A DNA stretch of 45,588 bases, counting the filler, from Candidatus Woesearchaeota archaeon (lineage in GTDB: Archaea > Nanobdellota > Nanobdellia > Woesearchaeales > JAAOYA01), in the NCBI GenBank assembly GCA_018221105.1. It is 6 parts of 5 records of this genome, joined end to end, with 100 filler letters (N's around TTAATTAATTAA, not from the genome) between each part and the next. Parts side by side here need not be neighbours in the genome. Positions count along the whole stretch, not along the records: positions 1 to 1,705 come from JAAOYA010000007.1; positions 1,806 to 4,401 come from JAAOYA010000008.1; positions 4,502 to 8,226 come from JAAOYA010000008.1; positions 8,327 to 31,231 come from JAAOYA010000010.1; 2 more parts are not named here. The stretch is one strand, 5' to 3'. The notes under the pieces were generated by a model, which searched no databases, was not told where the DNA came from, and saw only the letters and a list, made by a program, of their open reading frames with translations. Numbering within the stretch: position 1 is the first letter of the stretch; every line of letters starts with the position of its first letter. Both the position numbers and the translations under genes were made by a program. Of the stretch, positions 1 to 10,640 are shown one piece after another.

Positions 1-22
1 AAACGCATTTTATTAAGAACGT

Positions 23-1699
23 CAGACTGTGCATTAACTACTGATTGTTAATAATTTTAAAAACTCCATCCTCAGAAATCCATCTTGAATTATTACCTTG
101 TATCTAAATTAAATTCTATCCTTAAATGAAACACATACAAGGACAAAATCGAGACCAGATCAGAATGATTTCTTTGAATCAGATGGTTGAAAAACAAAGT
201 ATGGTTCGTGTAATAGATTCTTTTGTCGACATGTTGGATTTAGAACAATTCGGATTCAATTATTTCAAGCTAAACAAAGAAGGTCGCCCTCCATTTCATC
301 CTGCGACTATGATGAAGATTTATCTTTATGGGTATCAAAATAGTCTTCGAGCTTGCCGACAGCTTGAAAAAGCCTGCAAAACAAATATCGAAATGATGTG
401 GCTTGTTAATGAGCAAAAACCACACTATAAAACCATTGCCAATTTCAGAAAAGATAATGCAAAAGCTTTTAAAGAAGTATTCAGGTATTTTGTTGCTCTG
501 CTAAAAGACTGGAAACTTATTGATGGAAAAACAATTGCTATTGATTCTTTCAAGATGCGTGCTCAGAATAGTTTAAAGAACAATTTTAATGAAAGAAAAG
601 TCAAACAGCATATTAAATATATTGATAAAAAAATTGCTGAATACGAAAAGGAACTTGATGATGAGTTTGATCAGGAAACTAAAGACAAACTTGATAAAAA
701 CAAAAAGAAGAAATCAAATTATCAGAACTTAGGCAAACAACTTGATGAAACTAATGATGGGCAAATATCCACAACCGATCCTGACTCCAAGTCTATGGTT
801 TTTCAACGTAACAGCGTTAAAGTTGGCTATAATGTTCAGGCAGTTAGTGACTCTAAAAACAAACTATTAGTTGCAGCAGACACCGGAAATGTAAACGATA
901 CTAAAGTACTTGCTACGATGGTAGAAAAAGCACAAGAGAACATAGGTGAACCAGAAGACGATTCTGAAATGAATGTGTTGGCAGATAAAGGATACCACTC
1001 CGGCAGGGAACTTAAAGCTTGCGAAGAACTTGGAGTTAAGACATTCGTTTCACCAAAAGAACCAAGATCTAAAATTAACAATCCGGAATTTACATTAGAT
1101 AGCTTTAAATATGATAAACTGAATGATAACTTTACTTGTCCTGCCGGTGAATTATTGCAAACTAATGGAAGATGGTACAACAAAAAGCAAACAAACGGCA
1201 GCCTATACTATCAAGTAAAACACTACAGAACTAAAGCATGCAAGAATTGTAAATTAATAACAGAGTGTACTAAAAATAAAATGGGGAGAGTTATTGAAAG
1301 AACGGAATACCAGGAATATGTTGATGACAATAACAAAAGAGTTAACAGTCAACCGGAGTATTACAGGCAAAGACAACAGATTATCGAGCATCAATTTGGC
1401 ACACTAAAACGGCATTGGCATTTTGATTACACACTCACAAAAGGAAAGGAAAAAGTGCTTGGAGAAGTGTACTTAGCATTTACTTGTTATAACCTTAAAA
1501 GAACTTTATCAATTATTGGTTTTGAAAACTTAATGAGCAAAATGAAAGCTCATTTAAACTATTTTCTGCTTAAATATGACTTATTTTTTGCGAATATGAC
1601 ATCATTTGCTTCGTTTAGAGGCATTACAAAATTTAATAGCAATAAAACTCAATTCAATTTAGTTTATTTAATATCTTAGTGGGGTAAATACACAAACTC
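23..1699 (+). mobile_element. IS1182-family insertion sequence, apparently complete
   Basis: Transposase flanked by imperfect terminal inverted repeats (CAGACTGTGCATTAAC at 23-38 vs reverse complement of 1684-1699, GAGTTTGTGTATTTAC; 11/16 match). ACGT direct repeats at 19-22 and 1700-1703. Confidence 0.75.
126..1679 (+). CDS. IS1182-family DDE transposase
   Basis: GRPPFHP..MMKIYLYGY (DUF772-like), IAIDS, GYNVQ, LADKGY, TCPAG, IEHQFGTLK, YNLKR motifs. Confidence 0.93.
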   Translation: MKHIQGQNRDQIRMISLNQMVEKQSMVRVIDSFVDMLDLEQFGFNYFKLNKEGRPPFHPATMMKIYLYGYQNSLRACRQLEKACKTNIEMMWLVNEQKPHYKTIANFRKDNAKAFKEVFRYFVALLKDWKLIDGKTIAIDSFKMRAQNSLKNNFNERKVKQHIKYIDKKIAEYEKELDDEFDQETKDKLDKNKKKKSNYQNLGKQLDETNDGQISTTDPDSKSMVFQRNSVKVGYNVQAVSDSKNKLLVAADTGNVNDTKVLATMVEKAQENIGEPEDDSEMNVLADKGYHSGRELKACEELGVKTFVSPKEPRSKINNPEFTLDSFKYDKLNDNFTCPAGELLQTNGRWYNKKQTNGSLYYQVKHYRTKACKNCKLITECTKNKMGRVIERTEYQEYVDDNNKRVNSQPEYYRQRQQIIEHQFGTLKRHWHFDYTLTKGKEKVLGEVYLAFTCYNLKRTLSIIGFENLMSKMKAHLNYFLLKYDLFFANMTSFASFRGITKFNSNKTQFNLVYLIS

Positions 1700-1705
1700 A
1701 CGTTG

Positions 1706-1805
1706 NNNNNNNNNNNNNNNNNNNNNNNNNNNNNNNNNNNNNNNNNNNNTTAATTAATTAANNNNNNNNNNNNNNNNNNNNNNNNNNNNNNNNNNNNNNN
1801 NNNNN
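1706..1805. other. Artificial contig linker (N-run/TTAATTAATTAA/N-run); also at 4402-4501, 8227-8326, 31232-31331, 33018-33117
   Basis: Identical all-frame stop linker embedded in N runs, five times. Confidence 0.98.
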
Positions 1806-2323
1806 ACAAAAAACTAATCGGTATTAGTCCTGGTGTTGCAGAATCTGTAAAAAGTCGTATGTGGCCAGCAGAGAATTTTTCTAAACTAATAAAAAAGTTA
1901 TCAAGAGAGCTTAAAGCAAACATTGTTATCGTCGATAGCAACGCTAACAAACTTGTTGCAGACCAAATAGTAAAAAGTAGCAGTGTTAAAGTCTTAAATC
2001 TTGCTGGCAGGACTTCTATAAGGCAAACTTTTTATTTAATCGAAAAATTCGATGTTTTAATAACTAATGATACTGGTCCAGCGCACATTGGGGCAGCACA
2101 GGGCACTACAACTTTAGGGTTATACGGTCCTAACACTCCTGTTTTGTGGAAGCCATACAATAACAAAAGTGCTTGGCTTTATCATCCGCCCTATTGCAGT
2201 CCATGTATAGATAATGCAAAAGGTATAATGCCAAAGTGTTACAATAAATTATATCAAAAATGCATGTTAGACATTAAAGTTGAAGAGGTTTTCAAAAAAA
2301 CAGTTGAGCTATTAAGAAAATGA
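1806..2323 (+). CDS. Glycosyltransferase family 9 (heptosyltransferase-like), 5' truncated
   Basis: Frame open to contig edge (KKLIGISPGVAESVKSRMWP). LNLAGRTS, ITNDTGPAHIGAA, LYGPNTP and CSPC motifs of WaaF/WaaC-like enzymes. Confidence 0.9.
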
Positions 2324-2898
2324 AAGAAACAATAACGCAAATTTTTGATGATTCAATAAAAACTAAAGAAGTAGTCAAAAAAGAACTTTTGGATGTCATA
2401 GAAGATTCTGTAAAACTTATCATTGATGCCTTAAAAAATGGTAATAAAGTTTTAGTTTGTGGTAATGGTGGCAGTGCTGCTGACGCACAGCATTTCGTGG
2501 CAGAATTAGTTGTTCGTTTTGAAAAGGACCGCAAAAGTTTACCAGCAATAGCTTTGACTACTGACACTTCACTAATTACTGCGTGCGCTAATGATTATGG
2601 TTATGATGAACTGTTTTCGCGCCAAGTTGAAGGTTTAGGCAATACTGATGATGTTCTGGTCGGGATTAGTACTAGCGGAAACAGTTTGAATGTGATAAAA
2701 GCTTTTCAAACAGCTAAAGAAAAAAATATGCTAACTATATGTTTAAACGGCAAAGACGGCGGTAAAATAAAAAGTCTTGAATTAGACAGCGACATCGTAG
2801 TGCCTGGCACTAACACTGGAAGAATTCAAGAGTCACACATTACAATAATACATGCTTGGTGTAAACTAATAGAAGAGGAATTGTTTAAAGAAAAATGA
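2320..2898 (+). CDS. gmhA: D-sedoheptulose-7-phosphate isomerase
   Basis: CGNGGSAADAQH, ANDYGY..FSRQVEG, ISTSGNS, RIQESH. Confidence 0.96.
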   Translation: MKETITQIFDDSIKTKEVVKKELLDVIEDSVKLIIDALKNGNKVLVCGNGGSAADAQHFVAELVVRFEKDRKSLPAIALTTDTSLITACANDYGYDELFSRQVEGLGNTDDVLVGISTSGNSLNVIKAFQTAKEKNMLTICLNGKDGGKIKSLELDSDIVVPGTNTGRIQESHITIIHAWCKLIEEELFKEK

Positions 2899-3866
2899 TT
2901 GTAATAACAGGTGGTGCGGGTTTTATTGGAAGCTGTATTGCAAAAGAGCTTAACAATCAAGGAGTGACGAACATTATAATAGTTGATAATTTAAAGAATC
3001 CTGATAAAAAGAAAAATCTTAATTCACTACAGTATGTAAAATATTATGATAAAGCAGAATTTCTAAAACTATTAGAAAAAAACAAGCTAGAAAATGTTGA
3101 TTTAATAATTCACGTGGGCGCTTGCTCATCAACTACAGAAAAAAACGACTCATATTTGATTGAAAATAATTATAATTATAGCAAAAAAGTTCACGAGTGG
3201 TGTCAAAAAAATGATTGTCGATTAATTTATGCTAGTAGTGCGGCAACTTATGGTGATGGAGCATTAGGCTATGATGACGATGAAAGCAAACAAGATGAAT
3301 TAAGTCCTCTTAACACTTATGGTGTTACAAAAAAAGCTTTTGATCAATATATATTGCAAGCTCCTAAACTAAAGCAGTGTGTTGGACTAAAATATTTTAA
3401 TGTTTATGGTCCTAACGAGTATCATAAGGGTCGCATGGCTTCGGTTGTTTTTCACGGCTTTAATCAAGCAATCAAAGATGGTGAGATAAGACTTTTTAAG
3501 TCTGCAAAAGAAAGTTTTGCTGATGGTGAACAAACAAGAGATTTTGTCTATGTAAAAGACGCTGTTGCAATAACACTATTTTTTAAGAATAACCCGCAAG
3601 TTAGCGGCATTTTTAATGTTGGAACTGGTATTGCAAGAACTTTTAATGATTTAGCAAAAAGCATTTTTAAAGCATTAGGCAAATCAGAAAACATCAAATA
3701 TATTGACATGCCACAAGATTTAAAGGCAAAATACCAGTACCACACACAAGCAAACATGCAAAAATTGCGAGATGCGGGCTACACTAAAAAAATTCATACT
3801 TTAGAAGAAGGAATAACAGATTACGTACAAAATTATCTAGCAAAAAATTATGCTCTACATAATTAA
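2895..3866 (+). CDS. hldD: ADP-L-glycero-D-manno-heptose-6-epimerase
   Basis: TGGAGFIGS, GACSSTTE, YASSAATYG, YFNVYGPNEYHKGRMASV, YQYHTQA. Confidence 0.96.
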   Translation: MIVITGGAGFIGSCIAKELNNQGVTNIIIVDNLKNPDKKKNLNSLQYVKYYDKAEFLKLLEKNKLENVDLIIHVGACSSTTEKNDSYLIENNYNYSKKVHEWCQKNDCRLIYASSAATYGDGALGYDDDESKQDELSPLNTYGVTKKAFDQYILQAPKLKQCVGLKYFNVYGPNEYHKGRMASVVFHGFNQAIKDGEIRLFKSAKESFADGEQTRDFVYVKDAVAITLFFKNNPQVSGIFNVGTGIARTFNDLAKSIFKALGKSENIKYIDMPQDLKAKYQYHTQANMQKLRDAGYTKKIHTLEEGITDYVQNYLAKNYALHN

Positions 3867-3872
3867 AAAAAA

Positions 3873-4401
3873 ATGAAAAAAGTAATTCAACAATTTAGCA
3901 AAAAACACATTTTAGTACTTGGTGATGTAATGCTTGACGAATTCTTAATAGGCGATGTTTCACGAATCAATCCTGAAGCTCCAGTTCCAGTACTGCACGT
4001 CAAAAGCAGAATTTTTAAGCCTGGAGGAGCTGCTAATGTTGCTTCAAACGTAGTTTCTTTAGGTGCAAAGTGCACTTTGATTGGTCGTGTTGGAAAAGAC
4101 AATGCTGCAACAATACTGAAAAAAAGCCTTGACGTAAGAGACATCAATCACAAACTAGTAATTGATGATGTTTTAACCATTAGAAAAACTCGCTCTATAG
4201 CGCAAAACCAGCACTTGCTGCGCGTAGACTTTGAAAATAATACTCCAATGAGTGCTGAACAAACAAAAAAAGCATTGGCCAACATTAAAAAAATCAAAAA
4301 TGTTGATTTGATAATAATCTCAGATTATAATAAAGGTTTTATTACAAAAGAATTAATGAGTGAAATAAAAAAATTAAATATTCCAATAATCGCTGACATA
4401 A
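3873..4401 (+). CDS. rfaE1: Heptose-7-phosphate kinase (RfaE/HldE domain I, PfkB family), 3' truncated
   Basis: GDVMLDEFL.GDVSRINPEAPVPV, PGGAANVA, ISDYNKG. Confidence 0.92.
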
Positions 4402-4501
4402 NNNNNNNNNNNNNNNNNNNNNNNNNNNNNNNNNNNNNNNNNNNNTTAATTAATTAANNNNNNNNNNNNNNNNNNNNNNNNNNNNNNNNNNNNNNNNNNN
4501 N

Positions 4502-7500
4502 GTCCAACTAGATATGTCAATTTCGCTATCATTTACTCCGTTTCTGTAAAGTATGACTTTATTACCTTCTTCCCAAGTCATAGCCCAATGTTCCCAAGCT
4601 TGCTGTGTCACAACTTCTTGCGATTCACTATTTTTAGACCCGTCACTTGTGTATATATATGCTCCAATCTTATTATTTGCTTTTTGAATTAATCCAAATA
4701 AACCATTGTCATTGAGATGCTTGTCAATTATGTAGCCTTGACCTGTGGTGTTAGAGTATATCCATACACTAACAGAACCGTTAAGAGGTGCCAGTCTTGA
4801 ATTATGACTAATAGTTATTACGTCATTACTACCATCAAAGTAAAAAGCTCCATTAATCTTTGCTGAAGAATTATACGCCGGGCAAGCAGTACAGCTACCA
4901 TTATCATCCCCTCCAGCAAAATCGTAAAAATGAGTGTCATTCTCGCCAACCCCTGTGTCATTATTCAAATGCATCAACAATACAGTTGAACTGTCAGCGC
5001 TTATTTCTTGTTCAGCATCAATTATTCCTGGCGCTGTCACAACAGCCCACACACTGCTTAAATTGTCGCTTCCGATGTTTGTTGGCGGGATGTAGACTGA
5101 TAAATTTATTATGTCGCCCACTTTGGATTGTGTTGTGCCAGTGCTTGTAGAAATACTTGATTGGTTTTGCAGCGGTATTTTGACGTTTAATGTTAAACTA
5201 TTGCTCTGGCTTGTTATTCCTTGCAAGTTTGTAACATTTGCAAAAACAGTATAACTGCCGGCCAGACTGCTGGCAGTGAAATTGTCTGTGTAATTGCCAT
5301 TACTATCGGTTTTCGGGTTAGTCCAATAATCAACGCTGATACTGTTAAGTGTTGGCGTTACTGAATCATCACTTGTGCTAAGGTTTACCCTGTAGCGTAA
5401 TTGTGTGCCATTTAATGCGAAAGTGTGAACAACATTTTTAGTCACAGTTTCCCATGTGGAGCCGTTGTCATTACTAGCATAATAATTGATTGTTTGGCCA
5501 TTGAGTGTCTCATTAGGTGTTATCAAGACTTGTGTTATGTTTTTTATGGTTGTTGCAAGAGTTATGGATGTAAATGATGAATTTGTGTAGTATGTTGCTA
5601 GATAGTCATAATATCTAAAATTATTATTGCCAGCATTCCAGCCTGTGGTTAATAGTTCTAATTCTGTATCATTATCCCAATCGTAAAATATTGGTCTCAT
5701 TGAGTCCTGTTGTACGTCAATTACGCCTGTAGGGTTCGTATCACTAATCCCTCCAGTAAGTGTAAATTTTCTATAATGTGATGGGTTTGTGTTATTGCCT
5801 GTGTTTTCCCAGTATAGTATTCTTCCACTTTGCTCGCCTGAAAAAATATCCCAGTCGCCATCATCATCCCAGTCAACACCTGAGACTCTTTTATTATATA
5901 TACTGCTAATGTCCCATTCGCTGATTGGTTGTCCAAAATAAGTTGTGTTTCTTTCCCATATAGGGTTTTGGTTTGTTCCAATGTTTCTCCATAGAAAAAC
6001 CGGATATTGATTATACCTGTCCGATACTGCTATATCCCAATCGCCATCATCATCCCAGTCTAACACATCTTGATGAGCATAACAATTACTGCTACAACTT
6101 GTTGAATCTCCATAAATCCCATCAGTACATGTTTCACAAGTTGCGTTAAGAACTGTGTTGTTTTGCACCCAAACAGGGTTCAAATTACTTCCTTGATTTT
6201 CAAAATACTGCAAGTATGCATCACTACCTTGTGAGCTAAAAATTAAGTCATGATCTCCATCGCCATCTGTATCAAATAAATCAGGCAGTCTAGAAGTAGA
6301 AGTTCCTGAAAAATAAGTATCATTTACTACCCACACAGGATTAACATTTGTTCCATTATTAATTAATAAAAGACTGCCATTACTACCAGTCATTAACGCG
6401 ATATCCATAATACTATCATTATTGTAATCAAATAAGTCTATTTTAGGAAGTGATAAAGATACGACACCTTCAGTGCAATTAGGACAACTAGCACCTAAAA
6501 AAGAGTTATTCATAATCCATTGTTTACCAATTGTATCAAGCTCAACATTATTTGCAAAGCTTAAATTATCATATGAAAAAATATAATCAGTTGTTGAATA
6601 ATCATCAGAGAACGTTGCTTTATTGATGTCTGTGTTGTTAACAAAAATGTTCACTGTGGAGTTTGGAGCGTCATAACTTTCACTAGTCCAATAGCGTACT
6701 TTGATGCTGTTGAGTATGGGTGTTATTGCAGCGTCTCCTGTGCTTAGTATTGCACGATAACGTAATTTGTTGTTATTGCTCGCAAACGTGCGTATTGTGC
6801 CGTTGGTTGTGCTCTCCCAAGTGCTACCATTATCATTAGATACATAATAATTGATTGTCTCGCCATTGAGTGTTTCATCAATTATTAGTTCTGCTGAAGT
6901 GATGTTGTAATTTGTTGTTGCTAATAGTTTTGATGTTAGTGTTCCTGTAGTGTTGTAGCCTGGTACTTGTTCAAAATAGTTTATTGCGCCTTCACTGTCT
7001 CCAATTATTAAGTCATAGTCCGAATCATTATCCCAATCGTAAGCAAATGGTGCGAAAGCACCACCGATAAATGAGAGTCCATCATTAGCAGTTGCGCTTG
7101 AGCCTCCTACTATTGTGTTGTCTTGGCTCCATAATGGATCATTGTTTGAGCCTGTGTTTTCAAAGTACTCCATATGAGCGCCCGGGTCAAAACTCTCTCC
7201 TACTACAACATCCCAATCACCGTCATTGTCAAAGTCTACTATGCTTGGTTTTGACCATGATCCTGAATCTAAAGAAGCAAGATAAAACTTTGCAGAGTGT
7301 TCTGCCCATTGAGGATTAGCATTAGTTCCGGTGTTATTATAGAATCTTATTCTGCCACCCCAACCTCCTGAAACTATATCATAGTCTCCATCAGAATCCC
7401 AATCAATTGGTATAGGATTGGCTGCGTTAGCTGAAAAGAATAATCCATTGCAAGTTTCACAAGTAGCGTTTACATAAGTGTTATTGTCAACCCAAACAGG

Positions 7501-8226
7501 GTTAGTGTTATTACCCGTGTTTTCGTAAAATTCAATGTAACCAGTGCCACCCCCAGTTGTGAGGTCATAATCTCCATCAGAGTCCCAGTCAATATAATAT
7601 TCATCAGGATCTGACTGTGCACCAGGGGTAAAAGTATTATTTACAAGTATCCATTGAGGATTAGAATTATTGCCTGTATTTTGGAAGTAATTGCCATCTT
7701 CACCCCAACCTAGAGCAATTAAGTCATCATCGCCATCACCATCCCAATCTATTACATGAGGGAATATTCTGTTTGAGCCAACTTTTAATCCTTCATTAGT
7801 TTCATTAGTCGCGTTGAATATTGTATTGTTTTGTATCCATCCAACGCTGCCGATTGTTAGTGTTATTTTTTGGCTTACTGAAATATTACTTTGACTGCTA
7901 TCAACATAGTTGCTTGTTTGATAATCATCTGTGAAAACAGTGTATGTGTTGTTGTATAGTGTTACGTGGCCGTAAACTTCTACTGGGTTGTTGACGTTAG
8001 GTTGTGTGTTGTTAAGGTTTATTGTTATGTCAACACGCCCAACGACAAAACTATAGTTTGTGTTGTCATGATAGTTAAAGCCTGAACTTAAGTTTGCGTA
8101 GTATGTAACATCATATTCTCCAAGCTCGCTAGTTTGATTAAAGGCAGCACTCCACGTTCCACCGCTTGAGGAGCCAGAAAATTGCACTGTCACGTCTGCT
8201 ATATCACTTCTTGAATTGCTGATGAC
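4502..8226 (-). CDS. Giant surface protein fragment with two FG-GAP/VCBS repeat modules and a LamG-like domain; open at both contig ends
   Basis: Many DWDxDGDxD repeats, duplicated YYxSNDNGSTWE segments, FDGSND..SVWI..WEHWAMTW LamG signature, dense N-x-S/T sequons. Confidence 0.88.
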
Positions 8227-8326
8227 NNNNNNNNNNNNNNNNNNNNNNNNNNNNNNNNNNNNNNNNNNNNTTAATTAATTAANNNNNNNNNNNNNNNNNN
8301 NNNNNNNNNNNNNNNNNNNNNNNNNN

Positions 8327-9000
8327 TCATTGATTAGTTCTCCTTTTTGAACTTCAATAATTGGTGTTGTTTCTTTGTAGTTTACACTAGTGATTGTTAG
8401 GTTTGCGTTATCAACTATTATTTTTAGTTTGTAATCTTTTGTAGTGTGAACTAAAATGCATGTTTGCTCGCAAACACTATCAAAGGTTGTTATTATTGGT
8501 GCAGGTATTAATGCTGTTGTTTTGTTTTGCTCGACTGTTGTATTTAATTCAATGATTGTTTCAGTAATATTTTCTTCTAGTGTTGTTTTGTTTGCTGGTT
8601 GTTCTATTGTCTCGTTTTCAATAGTTATATTCTCAACAATTTCAAGCACTATTGTTTCATTAGCTGTTGTTGTGTTGATAATTGATAGTCCTGTAATGCT
8701 ATCTAATGCTTTGCTTTGCGAATTGTCATATACTAGCAGGCTCTTACTGTCGTATTCTAAGTATATTTTTGCACTGCCAGCTCCTAGCACGCTTCCGCTT
8801 ATAGTTAGGCTTTCAATGTTTTCTAGGTCTAAATCTATTGTTTTAGAACTAGTGAAAGTCTGGTTCAGTTTTATTGTTTTATAATCATCAAATGTTATTA
8901 GCCCTGTGATTGTTGGCTTGAACAAGAACAGTCCACTGACTAGTAAGATAAACACTGCAATGCTTAGTATTACTTGTGGCTTAATTCTTTTCTTGTTCAT
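8327..9000 (-). CDS. Membrane-anchored surface protein, N-terminal part (paralog of 26841-29696), 3' truncated
   Basis: N-terminal TM then FKPTITGL, G.GSAKIYL, ITGLS, NET-rich linker and CEQTCIL, collinear with the 951-aa protein. Confidence 0.85.
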
Positions 9001-9481
9001 TTTTTGTTTTTGTTCTCGCGTAAACTGTCCAGATTGTTTTGTTAGATTTTGACAGTAAGCTAGCGATTTGTTTGTTCGAAAGATTCTCGCTTTCGCGTAA
9101 GTATTTGACTAGTGATTCGAAGACTGTGAATTGTTTTGTAGAGAAAACTTCAAGCGGCACTTTATAGAGTGACGACCGATATGTAATTTTGCTTGGTTGT
9201 TTTTCTTGTGCTTTTTTGTAAGTTGTTTGTATTGTGTTCTGATTGCGTTTTAAGAATCGTGCGATGTCTGCTAATTTGCTAAATTTATTTTCTCGCAGGC
9301 ACTTGACTAATACTTGTGTTGGCGATAATAGTTTATTAGAAAAGGCTGCTGCATCAATAGTGTCTGTTGGTTCTGCTAATTGTTTTATTATATCTGCGGG
9401 AGTTATTTGATAGTCTTGACTGACTTTGTCTATTAGTGTCTTTATTAATTCTAATTCCTTTATTCGCTTATCAGGACCCAA
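8981..9481 (-). CDS. Tandem helix-turn-helix protein (sigma70 region-4-like repeats)
   Basis: Two internal repeats: LVKCLRE..LADIARFLKRNQNTIQTTY and LVKYLRE..SNKQIASLLSKSNKTIWTVY. Confidence 0.8.
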   Translation of the reverse strand: MGPDKRIKELELIKTLIDKVSQDYQITPADIIKQLAEPTDTIDAAAFSNKLLSPTQVLVKCLRENKFSKLADIARFLKRNQNTIQTTYKKAQEKQPSKITYRSSLYKVPLEVFSTKQFTVFESLVKYLRESENLSNKQIASLLSKSNKTIWTVYARTKTKNEQEKN

Positions 9482-9611
9482 TAAGAACTATTATGTAGGA
9501 AAAACCTTTATATATCTTTCTAATATAATATAATAATATAGGAAAAAAAACTATATTGTAAGATTTTTCACTGGGGAAAAATTTTATAAACAACATAGTA
9601 TCTGCTAGAAT

Positions 9612-10640
9612 ATGGGGGAAGTCAATAAGTACAAAATCGCTACTATTGGCAGCCACTCTGCTCTACAAATTCTCAAAGGCGCAAAAGATGAAGGTTTTGG
9701 CACAATAGTCATTTGCACACCAAAAACAGCAAAAGTCTATCAAGAGTTCGGAGTTGCCGATCAAATAATTAACATTGACTCTTATGACAATTATGAAACA
9801 ATCGAGCCTGAGCTGATAAAACAAAATGCCATTGTCATACCACACGGTTCATTCGTAGCATATTTAGGCAATGACAGATGTGAAAACCTTAAAGCACACT
9901 ATTATGGCAACAAATCAGTGCTGCGCTGGGAAGCAAACAGAGATTTAGAACGCCAATGGCTTACAAAAGCTAGCTTGAAACTGCCAAAAATTTTTAACAG
10001 TCCAAAAGAAATTGATTGTTCAGTAATCGTGAAATTTCATGGAGCGCGCGGCGGAAAAGGTTATTTTATTGCAAACAGTGAAAATGATTTTAACGAAAAA
10101 ATAAAAAATTATACAAAAGAAGAGCGCGAAGATCACGTGATTCAAGAATACATTATTGGAGTGCCAATCTACATACACTATTTTTACTCTCCAATAACTA
10201 ACAAAGTCGAGATTATGGGTTTTGATAAGCGCTACGAGTCAAACGTTGACAGCTTGGGCAGAATATCAGCGCGTGACCAAATCGCTCTTAAAAAAGTTGA
10301 TCCATCATATGTGATTGTTGGCAACATTCCAATAGTGCTCAGAGAAAGTTTTTTGCCGCAAGTCTTGCAGATGGGCGAAGATGTTATCAAAGCATCAAAA
10401 CAAGTTATTCCACCTCATGGTTTATTCGGGCCCTTTTGTTTAGAGTGCATTCTCACGCCAGAAAAAGAATTTTTTGTTTTTGAAATATCGGCGCGTATTG
10501 TTGCTGGCACAAACCCTTACATTGAAGGCAGTCCATACACCGCACTAAAGTATGATAAGCCAATGAGCACTGGCAGGCGCATAGCGCTCGACATCAAACA
10601 AGCAATAGAAACTGAACAGATAGAAAAGGTTTTACAATGA
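9612..10640 (+). CDS. purP: FAICAR synthetase PurP (ATP-grasp)
   Basis: IATIGSHSALQILKGAKDEGF, IPHGSFVAY, GGKGYF, DKRYESNVD, FEISARIVAGTN. Confidence 0.92.
   Translation: MGEVNKYKIATIGSHSALQILKGAKDEGFGTIVICTPKTAKVYQEFGVADQIINIDSYDNYETIEPELIKQNAIVIPHGSFVAYLGNDRCENLKAHYYGNKSVLRWEANRDLERQWLTKASLKLPKIFNSPKEIDCSVIVKFHGARGGKGYFIANSENDFNEKIKNYTKEEREDHVIQEYIIGVPIYIHYFYSPITNKVEIMGFDKRYESNVDSLGRISARDQIALKKVDPSYVIVGNIPIVLRESFLPQVLQMGEDVIKASKQVIPPHGLFGPFCLECILTPEKEFFVFEISARIVAGTNPYIEGSPYTALKYDKPMSTGRRIALDIKQAIETEQIEKVLQ

Noticed and set aside
1750..1761. Recurring TTAATTAATTAA palindrome and ORFs ending in X-runs/LIN
   Set aside because: Artificial scaffold linker. Adjacency across linkers has no biological meaning.
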